Positions 43,087 to 51,961 of a DNA stretch of 64,000 nucleotides are shown here, piece after piece. The notes beneath the pieces were generated by a model, which saw only the letters and a list, made by a program, of their open reading frames with translations, did no database searches and was not told the DNA's origin. Within the stretch, counting starts at the first letter, position 1, and each line of letters starts with the position of its first letter. The stretch lies in the NCBI GenBank assembly GCA_963833985.1, contig CAWIAD010000001.1:1952001-2016000 (forward strand), given 5' to 3'. The translations under genes and the position numbers were made by a program. Origin of the DNA: an uncultured Planctomycetaceae bacterium. Lineage in GTDB: Bacteria; Planctomycetota; Planctomycetia; Isosphaerales; Isosphaeraceae.

Positions 43087-43169
43087 ACCGCGCCGCGAAT
43101 TGGGGCCGGCAAGCAGGCCTTTGCCAGTCGGCGGCGGGATGGTTCCAGAGGCGTCGCAGGAACACGACC

Positions 43170-43838
43170 ATGGCGCGAATCATCCTTGGAGTGACGGGCT
43201 CGGTGGCGGCCATCCGGACGCCTGAACTCTTCGCGGCGCTGCGAGCCCAGAAACATCTCGTGCGCGTGGTCGCCACCGAGCCGTCGCTTTACTTCTTTGA
43301 TCCCGGCCAGCTTGCCGCCAAGAAGGAAAAGCCGGTGGACGACGAGCCGGCCGACCCCGTCTACCGCGACCGCGATGAATGGCCGGGCCTGCGCTACCGC
43401 CGCGGAGATCCTGTCCTGCACATCGAGTACCGCAACTGGGCCGAGCTGCTGGTCATCGCTCCGCTGGACGCCAACACCCTGGCCAAGCTAGCGCTCGGGC
43501 TGTGCGACAACTTCCTGACCTGCCTGTTCCGCGCCTGGGACTTCTCAAGGCCCGTCATCCTGGCCCCGGCCATGAACACCCTGATGTGGAACAGTCCGCT
43601 CACCGGTCGCCATCTCGGGCAAGTGCTGATGGATCGCGGCGGGCTCGCGGCGCTGCCGGAAAACTGGGACCTGGAATCCGCTCCGGAGCACTTCGCGCGT
43701 CATGCCCCGCGGGTCGTGCTCATCCCTCCCCAGGCCAAGGAACTTGCCTGTGGCGATGTCGGCATGGGTGCCATGGGCGAAGTCTCGACGATCGCCGAGG
43801 TCGTTCGCCGCTGCTTTGAAACGGAGCCAGTCAAGTAA
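43170..43838 (+). CDS. coaC: Stand-alone phosphopantothenoylcysteine decarboxylase-like HFCD flavoprotein
   Basis: ILGVTGSVAA, LHI, APL.ANTLAK.A.G.CDN.LT, PAMN..MW and LACGD.G.G.M motifs; no CoaB domain. Confidence 0.8.
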   Translation: MARIILGVTGSVAAIRTPELFAALRAQKHLVRVVATEPSLYFFDPGQLAAKKEKPVDDEPADPVYRDRDEWPGLRYRRGDPVLHIEYRNWAELLVIAPLDANTLAKLALGLCDNFLTCLFRAWDFSRPVILAPAMNTLMWNSPLTGRHLGQVLMDRGGLAALPENWDLESAPEHFARHAPRVVLIPPQAKELACGDVGMGAMGEVSTIAEVVRRCFETEPVK

Positions 43839-44031
43839 AGGCTTACCGCCCGCCGCCAGCCAGTTTTTTCCCGCCACTGTTCCTGTCGCCACCCTGCTGG
43901 ACCGGCTGGAAAACCTCACATCCTGCATCGGCACGCACCCGGCTCGCTGCTGAATTTGAGCAGATCCGCAGAAGTCTTTTGGCAGGATTGCAGTTCGCTT
44001 GCCCGGGGGCTGAGGGCCCTGCCTGACCGCT

Positions 44032-44062
44032 CTCCTTGTGGGGTACGATTCCAATCGTGCCA
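44032..44062 (+). repeat. REP-like palindrome, copy A
   Basis: CTCCTTGTGGGGTACGATTCCAATCGTGCCA; inverted relative to the copy at 48135-48166. Confidence 0.75.
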
Positions 44063-44260
44063 TTCCTGGTCCATCAGATAGAAGAAGTGACACCATGTAG
44101 AGTCGAGGTGTGGCGCGGTGGGCTCGAGTCGATGGCTCGGCTGGGCCTCGTTTCCACACCCCGCTCATCAAACTGGACGGGCGGTTTTCCCGCATCCAGC
44201 TTTCGGACAAGGCTTGTCTCATCGGTTGAGTTCACACGTTCGCTCACGAAACCATCGCGG

Positions 44261-44860
44261 CTAGGTTCGTTGCAGCTGGTAAAGATGCAACTCCTGGTGC
44301 AGGTATCTGTCAGGGTAGCGTCTGAGCCCCTGACCCGGCACCTTGAACTTCGCACACAACCACTGACGTACCCGGTAGCGGACGTGGTGGTTGACTTGGC
44401 GATAGGCTGGGCTCACCGTTCCGATGCGAAAATAGTTGGACCAACCGCGTAACTTGCGATTGATCCGACCAATCTGCATCTCGACGTCCTGTCCAGTGGT
44501 CTGGCGCGTCGTCATCGCACTGATCTCGCTGCACAGCCGAATGATCTTCTTCCGCGATGGGCGTGACCCTATGTAGGATCGGCCCGTTCGTCGGTCGTAG
44601 TTCCGGCCGAGGGTATAACCCAGAAAGTCGAACGTCTCCTCAGGCAGGTGGCACAGCCGCGTCTTGGTCTCGTTCACCGTTAACTTCAGCCTGGACATCA
44701 TCTTCCGCATCACCGTCATGGCCTCTTCGGCCGTGCCGCGACAGCAGATGACGAAGTCGTCCGCATAGTTGACGATTCGCGCGACCAGACGCCGCTCGTG
44801 TCCACCAGTCTTCCATCCCTTCACAAATCGTCGCATGTAGATGTTGGACAACAATGGTGA
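44261..44860 (-). pseudogene. ltrA: Group II intron RT/maturase, C-terminal part (no endonuclease domain)
   Basis: SPLLSNIYM, YADD, LKLTVN..KT, FDFLGY and IN..LRGW.NYF motifs. Confidence 0.92.
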
Positions 44861-46514
44861 GATCACGCCCCCAACAATGTTGCGAACTACGTTGTTGGGG
44901 GCCTTTCTCAAAAGGGGACGGACTGACCCGATACACGATGCGGACCTCCTGCTCGTCGATCTCGACCTTCTTCACCAAGGCCCGAACCACCTCCCGTCGC
45001 GTGGCCCAGTCCGGCTCTTGCAACCCTTGCGAGACGCGACGTGCGAACTCCTCCAACTGACCGATCACCAGTCGCAATTCCGCCTCTTGGGCGGCCTCGC
45101 CGATTCGTTGTCGATGCTCCTCCGCCAATCTCGAGAGGCGCGTCCTTGCCGCCGAGATCCGGGGCTCGAACTCCGATTTGTCGAGCAACCCGTCGCCGTA
45201 AGCATCGATTAATCGAGAAATCATCTTTTTCACATTATTTATCAATTTGCCGAGATGCTCCACCTCCTGATTCGGCCCGCCCTGGGCACCCTGCAGCCGC
45301 CGCTCGTACTCCTCCCGGACCCGCTCCGGCTCGGACAGGAGACCTCGTAAGTCCTCCCAGACGGCAGCGTCAAGGATATCGGTGCGGATCTGCTTGTTCC
45401 AGCAGAGGCGCTGCCCGCCGAAACGATAGGCGTCAGAGCCCGTGCAACGGTAGTACGCGTAGCGGACCCTACCCTTGCCCTCGAACGCGGCTCGGCTCGT
45501 CGGCTTGCCGTAGCAGCCGTAGCCGCAGCGCTTGCAGACGACCAGGCCCTGGAGCAGATATCGGCCACCGCCGGGCCGGTCGCGACGGCGTTGCCGGTTC
45601 TCTTCAAGCTGGGCCTGGACAGCCAGGAAGAGGTCTTCGCTCACCAGCCCGGGGACTTCAATGAAGATTTGATCTTCCGAGGATGTATCAACCCGTGAGA
45701 CCGGTCGCCGGGAGTGTTCGGGGCGGCCTCGCTGCGGGCGGAGGCGTTGAGGTTTGAACTCACCTGAGCGCGTCTTGCCGAAGGCCGCGGTCCCCTTGTA
45801 GGCAGGGTTCTTGAGGATCAACCAGACCGTCGCGCGATCCCAGGCCGATTTCCCGGTCCGCGTCGGGATACTGTCGCGCCGGAGGCGTCGGCACACCTCG
45901 CCGATCGAGCACCGTTCCTGACCCACCCATTCGAAGATCTTCCGCACGACCCGGGACTCTTCAGCGAGGACCTGATAACGCGCCTCGCCACCTCCCTCGT
46001 GCTTGCCGATGTAACGGTAGCCGTACGGCGCGCCGCTGAGGACGTTGACCGAACCGCGGCGGGCGGCGTGTTGCTTGCCCCTGCGGCAACGCTCCATGAT
46101 CTTGGCGCGCTCGTATTCCGCGATCATTCCCTGGACCTGAAGCAGCAGGTCGGCTTCCGGACTGCGGCCGACGGGGTTGCGCAAGAAGACGACCTCGACA
46201 CCGCACCGGATAAGTTCCTCAAGGATCAAGACCTGATAGGCATACTTGCGTGAAAGTCGATCCGGATCGAGCATATAGAGGCGGTCGATGGCTCCAGCGG
46301 CGGCTTGGTCCCGAAGTCGCTCGAGTGCCGGTCGGGCCAGGATGTAACCGCTGACGCCGTCGTCCACGAAGTGCAGTTCGGGCTCGCATTCCAAGCCATC
46401 AGTGGCGATCCGCTGAGTGACCGCCTCGAGCTGGCTGGCGATCGTGTCCTCCTTCTCCTGCTGCTCCCCCGAAACCCGGGCGTAGAGCGCCACGCGGAGA
46501 TTGTCCGTGATCAT
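44640..46514 (-). CDS. Large serine recombinase (resolvase, recombinase and zinc-ribbon domains)
   Basis: ALYARVS catalytic Ser, DRLSR, IAEYER, PYGY, IL.NP.YKG and LL.GL..C..CG...YYRC motifs; last ~74 codons lie outside the element. Confidence 0.95.
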   Translation of the reverse strand: MITDNLRVALYARVSGEQQEKEDTIASQLEAVTQRIATDGLECEPELHFVDDGVSGYILARPALERLRDQAAAGAIDRLYMLDPDRLSRKYAYQVLILEELIRCGVEVVFLRNPVGRSPEADLLLQVQGMIAEYERAKIMERCRRGKQHAARRGSVNVLSGAPYGYRYIGKHEGGGEARYQVLAEESRVVRKIFEWVGQERCSIGEVCRRLRRDSIPTRTGKSAWDRATVWLILKNPAYKGTAAFGKTRSGEFKPQRLRPQRGRPEHSRRPVSRVDTSSEDQIFIEVPGLVSEDLFLAVQAQLEENRQRRRDRPGGGRYLLQGLVVCKRCGYGCYGKPTSRAAFEGKGRVRYAYYRCTGSDAYRFGGQRLCWNKQIRTDILDAAVWEDLRGLLSEPERVREEYERRLQGAQGGPNQEVEHLGKLINNVKKMISRLIDAYGDGLLDKSEFEPRISAARTRLSRLAEEHRQRIGEAAQEAELRLVIGQLEEFARRVSQGLQEPDWATRREVVRALVKKVEIDEQEVRIVYRVSPSPFEKGPQQRSSQHCWGRDLTIVVQHLHATICEGMEDWWTRAASGRANRQLCGRLRHLLSRHGRRGHDGDAEDDVQAEVNGERDQDAAVPPA

Positions 46515-46879
46515 GGTTTGTCAAACCCCCCCGACCTTGGACTGGATAGTGTGGACCACAGTCGCGTGGTTGCGGCTGGGTCGCGGCCGATCCAGGCGCT
46601 GCGAAACGACCGGGATCAAGACCTGATATGCACGCGCGATCAATTGCTCCTGAAGCCGAGTGAACTCGAAGTGGCGGGTGACAGGAGGACTGAACGTGGG
46701 CCTCCGTGGGGACGTGATCATGTCGACTCCTCCTCTCCGAGAGCGCGGCCGCCAGCCTGCCTTGGATCGGGATCGAGTCGGGGCTGCCATCCGTGCCCGT
46801 ACTTCGGTCGAAGCCGCGATCTGGAAATGACAGAGTCAGGAATCAGGGACGATTTTGCAACATTGTTGGGGGCGTGATC
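44861..46879 (-). mobile_element. Minimal serine-recombinase integrative element inserted in the intron RT gene
   Basis: Perfect inverted ends GATCACGCCCCCAACAATGTTGC (44861-44883 and 46857-46879); GATC present at both junctions; removal restores the RT frame. Confidence 0.92.
46521..46721 (-). CDS. 66-aa ORF upstream of the recombinase (possible directionality or regulatory factor)
   Basis: Strong GGAGAGGAGGAG RBS; MITSPRRPTF...FEFTRLQEQLIARAYQVLIP; ends 6 nt before the recombinase start. Confidence 0.7.
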   Translation of the reverse strand: MITSPRRPTFSPPVTRHFEFTRLQEQLIARAYQVLIPVVSQRLDRPRPSRNHATVVHTIQSKVGGV

Positions 46880-47574
46880 GGTGCACCTTGCGGTGTACCC
46901 ATCCCCTGGTCTTTATTCCGGGTCGTTCGATGGCGCTGCCCCTTCCCGTCGGTTTCTTCCACCGGTGTTTCCAGCCACATCTTGATCAGCCGCAGGACGC
47001 GACCGTCGCTGATGCGCCGTGACGCCGATTTCATTAACTCGGAATGGGGTATGCTATCGAAATATCCAGATAAGTCCGCGTCCACCACCTCGGTGTGCCC
47101 CGTCTTGAGCAGCCGTTCGACTTCGCGGACGGCGTCCAGGGCGCTGCGCTCCGGGCGGTAGGCGTGTTGTTCCGGCTCCAGGTCGGCCTCGAAGATCGGC
47201 TCCAAGACCAGCACCGCAGCCATCTGCACCACACGATCCTTGATGCAAGGAATGCCCAGCGGCCTTTGCTTGCCGTCCCCTTTGGGGATGTACACGCGCC
47301 GCACCGCCTGGGGTTGATACGTCTCCTTACGAAGTTGTTCCGCCAGTTCGTCCAGCCATCGTTCCTTCCCGGACGCCTCGATGTCGGCGAAACTCTGGCC
47401 GTCGATCCCCGGCGCGCCGCCGTTGGCACGGCAGCGTTCGTAGGCGAATCCCAGAACGTCACGTCGATAAATCTTGTCGTACAGGACGTAGAACCGATAG
47501 TTGGGCGCGTTCTTCGCTTTGGTGTGCAACGCCGTCTGCAACTTCCCGACCTTCAGTGGAGGTGATAGACTCAC
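46876..47574 (-). pseudogene. ltrA: Group II intron RT/maturase, N-terminal part
   Basis: GAPGIDG, RRVYIPK, RPLGIP...DR..Q, DADL..YFD.IPH and GTPQGAPI motifs; truncated at the GATC junction. Confidence 0.93.
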
Positions 47575-48134
47575 GCCAATCTCCCGGCTGTCTGCCGCTT
47601 GTTGCGTTGACCTTGAACCAAGGCCCCTTCCCTCGACCGGAGTTACCCGGCGTCGACGGTACTACGGGCCTCTCCGCCACCCCAGGCAGCCCGGCCGGTC
47701 CCTCGCGGGCGTCCGGTTGAGGGTCACGCGCCCTCACCGCTTGGGGTTTCCCGTGTTGTGTTGATCTCCGTGTGCCGACATGCCGTCGTCAATACCCCGG
47801 TGGCCCGCTGGGTTCTGATCGCTCGTGGGGCGGCCTATTCCAACCGTTTCCCTTTCATCCCCAGCGACGGCGGCCTTCCCCATATTCCAGCAAGGTCGGC
47901 GACCACATTGGACTTTTCGAGGCCTGCTCAACGTTCACTCGCGTTACGGCCTGTCGGTTCGCTGCATCGCCAAGCGACACATCTGTCTCGAAGGCTCCGA
48001 CGGTTTCGTCTCCTCCACCGCCGCTCCGATAGCTACCGGCTGGAGCGACCCAGTTGCCGGGTGGGAGTTACACCCACTGAAGACCAACACCTTTCCACGG
48101 CGCACGGGAGTCGTGTCCCACGAGGTGATTGAAT

Positions 48135-48166
48135 TGACACGATTGGGTATCGTGGCCCACAAGGAG
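48135..48166 (-). repeat. REP-like palindrome, copy C
   Basis: Minus strand reads CTCCTTGTGGGCCACGATACCCAATCGTGTCA, similar to copy A and to the intron-split copy. Confidence 0.75.
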
Positions 48167-48437
48167 CGGCCTGCCGGTCATCCAGGATCGCATCAACCTG
48201 CTGAATGCCTGTCAAAGAACGATTGCGAACCTGCTTAGACTTTCTTTCAAGTTGTGCCGATGAGCCGAGTCTCGCCGGAGAAATCGGTAACACCGGCATT
48301 TTCTCTCCAGCCAGCCGAGCCACCGCGCCGATTCAACGGGTGGCATGGAGCGCGAAAGCTTCTCCGTTCCGCGTTTTGCAGGCAGGAACCTGCATGCAAC
48401 CGCGGTCAGAATGAATTCGGGGAGGGCGAGCCTCGCG

Positions 48438-50291
48438 ATGAGAACCATCAGGGTTCTTCGGTACGCCTCGACGTCCGCCGTTCAGATCGCGTGCTTGCTT
48501 GCCTTGCAACCCTGCGCGAACGGCCAGGAGGCTCAGGCCGCGCCACACGAGAATGCACAGCCCCCCGGTGCGGCTCCCTTCCGCGACGACATCAATGATC
48601 GCCTCCGGCGCATGGAGGAAGCGAACAACAAGCTGCTCCGCCAGTTTGACAGGATCCTCAAGCAGAACGATGACCTGTCGCGCGCCAACCACGAGCTTTC
48701 CAGGGAGAACAAGACGCTTTCCACGAAATTCACGGATATGTCCAGAAAGCTGGACGATCTCGAAAAGAAGCAGAAAGAAGCGAAGGAAAAGAAAGAAAAA
48801 GAGGACCAGGAGAAAAAAAACAAGGAAGAGAAGGATAAGTCGGAAAAACAGGGGGGAGGGTCGCAAGATAAGGGCGGCTCAGAATTTGAGGAGGCCGGCC
48901 GAAGATCGGGCGACGCCGAATCAGGTGGGCATGCCCGGGGCGGCGGTCTTGATCGGGGCCGGAACGCGCAGCTTGTCGGCAATCGGAACCTTGGTAAGCT
49001 GCCCTTGACGGTCCGGTACAACTACGAGCACGAAGGTCTGCAATTCACCACCGACGACGACGAGCTTTCGCTGAAGATACGCGTCATGCTGCAGGCCGAC
49101 TGGCGGCAGTACCAGCAGGCGAATTCCGATCCGGTGTCCAGCGGTTTCTTTCTGCCCCGAGCGCGTTTCTATTTCACGGGGCACATCACCCGGCCCATCG
49201 AATACAACATCTCGTTTCAGCGCTCGTACAACACCTTGAACCTGCTCAACGCATTCGTCAATTTTAACTACGACCAGCGAGTCCAGTTCCGCTTTGGACG
49301 CTTCAAGACACCGTTCACCTATGAATTCTTCAAGCTTCACGTCTGGCAGCTCATGGCACCGGAACGCTCTCTCTTCACCGACAATTTCCAGGGCGGCCGG
49401 CAAATTGGCTTCATGGGCACGGGGGACCTGCTTGATCGCCGCCTGGAGTACGCGGCCGGCATCTTCAACGGGCCAAGGCGGTCGTTCACGGACTACAACA
49501 GCTCCAAGGACTTCATGGCACTGCTCAACTTCACGCCCTTCGAAAACCAGGAGAATTCGCCGCTCCGCGGCCTGAATTTCGGCGGGTCGGTCGATTATGG
49601 CAACCAGACCAACCCGCTCACGCCGGTTGCGCTCAGGACGTCGTCCAATCCCTCGGAAGAGACTCTCGACGGCAACACAGCCGTCAATAACGCTGCGGTG
49701 CCTTTCCTGATATTCAACTCCAACGCCCGCGAAGTGGGCCTGCGCGCCCTGTGGGAGCTGCACACCGCCTATTACTACAAGGGGCTGTCGCTCATCGGTG
49801 CATGGGATAGCGGCTTCGACAGCTACGCCCTGAGCAAATCCGCGAGCTCCAGCGGCTTCAGCGGCAGCGCCCTGAGCTCCAGCGCCGGCCCGACCGGCCG
49901 GCCGGTGCGCATCCCCATTAATGGCTGGTTCGCGCAGGCAGGCTACCTGCTCACCGGCGAGACCCTGATCGACCGTACGGTGATCGACCCGCTGCGGCCC
50001 TTTGACCTGCGCCGCGGCCGGGTCGGACCCGGAGCCTGGGAGATCACCGGGCGCTACAGCGCCCTGGCGCTCGGCAGCCAGGTCTTCACCGGCGGATTTG
50101 CCGACCCCAACCTCTGGACGAACCGGGTTCAGATGGTGGACGTCGGCCTCAACTGGTATCTGAACCGATGGATGAAGATCTACTTCGACTGGGAGCACGC
50201 GATGTTCGCCGAGCCGGTCCTCTACAAACCGGGTCCGAACCTGCAACGGACCAGCGACCTGTTCTGGCTGCGCATGCAGATCTACTTCTGA
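48438..50291 (+). CDS. OprO/OprP-type porin with coiled-coil N-terminal region
   Basis: Signal peptide; F.LPRAR.YF.G, GRFKTPF.YE, GAWEI..RYS.L and GLNWYLN motifs; terminal Phe. Confidence 0.85.
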   Translation: MRTIRVLRYASTSAVQIACLLALQPCANGQEAQAAPHENAQPPGAAPFRDDINDRLRRMEEANNKLLRQFDRILKQNDDLSRANHELSRENKTLSTKFTDMSRKLDDLEKKQKEAKEKKEKEDQEKKNKEEKDKSEKQGGGSQDKGGSEFEEAGRRSGDAESGGHARGGGLDRGRNAQLVGNRNLGKLPLTVRYNYEHEGLQFTTDDDELSLKIRVMLQADWRQYQQANSDPVSSGFFLPRARFYFTGHITRPIEYNISFQRSYNTLNLLNAFVNFNYDQRVQFRFGRFKTPFTYEFFKLHVWQLMAPERSLFTDNFQGGRQIGFMGTGDLLDRRLEYAAGIFNGPRRSFTDYNSSKDFMALLNFTPFENQENSPLRGLNFGGSVDYGNQTNPLTPVALRTSSNPSEETLDGNTAVNNAAVPFLIFNSNAREVGLRALWELHTAYYYKGLSLIGAWDSGFDSYALSKSASSSGFSGSALSSSAGPTGRPVRIPINGWFAQAGYLLTGETLIDRTVIDPLRPFDLRRGRVGPGAWEITGRYSALALGSQVFTGGFADPNLWTNRVQMVDVGLNWYLNRWMKIYFDWEHAMFAEPVLYKPGPNLQRTSDLFWLRMQIYF

Positions 50292-50339
50292 AAAGAAACT
50301 CTTTTCCGCAGCATCCGAGTACTGTTTTATGACGGCTCT

Positions 50340-51804
50340 CTACCTGTCCCGGTCGCTGACGCTCAGGATGCGGCTCCGGAGCGAGGCAATCCAGTCCTGC
50401 CCCTTGATCGGCGTGCGCGTGGCCAGGGCGGCGTCGACCTGCGCCGTGGAAGGATGGCCGGCACGCTCGCATTCCAGCCCTCTCTCCGCGAGCTTCCGGG
50501 CCTCTCCCTTCCAGTCGCCGCTCGTCAATCCTTCGGCCAGTGCCGAGAGGTACCAGACGCGGGCATCGTTGGCCTGCGCGGCCTGCAAGCGCAGGAAGAC
50601 TTCCCGCGCGGTGGCATACTGGCCGCGTTCCAGCAGACTGATGCCAAGGTCCATTGTCGGGCTCGTGCCGGAGTCAGCTCCCCCGGCCGACCCGCGCCGA
50701 GTCGCCGGGTGGAAGCGTGATGCCCGGCGTTCCTCCACGCGGCGAGCCCTCCTGCACGGCTTCGATGCGTCCGCGGATCGTCTTCAGCTCTTCTTGAAGC
50801 GTCTCCAGCCGGTTGTCGTAGTGGCGGACTCTGGCGGGGAGCGAGGCCAGCTCATCCATCTCCCGGGTCAATTCGCTCATCTTGATCTGGAGGGTGTGCA
50901 GCACCGGGGGCGTCTCATCCTTGGGACGGCTGACTCGGTCGATGCGCTCGCCCAGGCGGTCCACGCGCTGCATCAGGTCCATGATCTGCCGCTTCAGGGT
51001 CTCGGCGTCCTCGGCGGAGGTGAAACCAGGGATCGCCGAAGAGTTCGAGGACTGCGAGTTCGACTCCTTGCCGGACTCCTTGCTCGACCCGCTTCCGGAT
51101 CCCTGCTTCGATTTCGATTGGTTCTTCGAGCCGGACTCGTTCTTGCTCTTGGATTGATCCGAGGAGGAATCGTTCGATTTGGAGCCAAAGAAGTACGAGT
51201 AGCCAACAGCCCCCAGCACGCCAAAGAGGAGCGCGACACCAGCCGTGATCATCAGGTTCTTCATCATCGAGGGCTGCTTGCCCCTGGGCTTGCCGGAGCG
51301 GTCCTCGCGATCTTCCTCGTCCCGGTCATCGCCCTCGTCCCGGCCCTGATCGTTCTTCTTCTTTTTTTCGCCCTGGCTCGCGCCGTGCTTGCCGTTTCCT
51401 TGCTTCGAATGGCCCTTCTGGTCCTGACCCTTGCCACCGCCGGAATCATCCCGCTGATTGCCGCGGCCGCCCTCCCTGTCCTTCTCTTTCCCCCGAGGGC
51501 CCGGCGACCCGGATTCCTCGCCATCCTCTTCATTCGAGGAGTCATCATCCCGGGACCGCTCGCTTCGATGTCCCGGCCGGTCCTCGATCACTACGGCGCG
51601 GACACCCGGCAGATACAGCGGGCTGGTCTCGCTGACCTGCGTGGTCTCCATACGCGTGGTCGTGTCCGGGTGCGTCTTCCAGTCCGACGGATGCTCGACG
51701 GCGGACTGGATCTCAGGATCGAGAGTGGTGATGGTGTGTGGGCCGCCGGATTCCTGCTGCCGCGATGACTTGCCGCTACGTTCCTGGGTTTCTTCGTCGG
51801 CCAT
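50340..51804 (-). CDS. Membrane-anchored low-complexity/coiled-coil protein with TPR-like tail (probably one frameshifted gene)
   Basis: ORF 50674-51804 (charged region, one TM segment, coiled coil) overlaps ORF 50340-50738 (TPR-like GQYA.AR..F, DARVWY). Confidence 0.55.
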
Positions 51805-51961
51805 CGAACAATGTCCTTCACCTGGTAAGGAACGCTTGCGTTGCCTCTTCAGTCACCGCGCAAGCGACTTCCGCGCAACAACGATGCGATTCCCGACGCG
51901 TCTGCTGGGAGATGTTGTTTTGCGAATTCCGTGCCGAACCAGCACTGCCGGTGAGTCGCGC

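Larger units (their letters stand above)
44097..48105 (-). mobile_element. Group II intron (1994 nt once the internal element is removed)
   Basis: 5' GTGCG at 48105; domain V AAAGCTGGATGCGGGAAAACCGCCCGTCCAGTTT at about 44170-44203; domain VI ending CTCGACTCTAC at 44097; internal RT ORF. Confidence 0.92.

Noticed and set aside
44261..44911. Independent 216-aa gene starting MRKAPNN
   Set aside because: Its first 17 codons come from the element end; the rest is the severed RT C-terminus.
44261..47574. RT as part of a retron, DGR or defence RT system
   Set aside because: It has group II RT and maturase motifs and lies between a GUGCG 5' end and domains V-VI; no template/variable repeat pair or msr-msd was seen.
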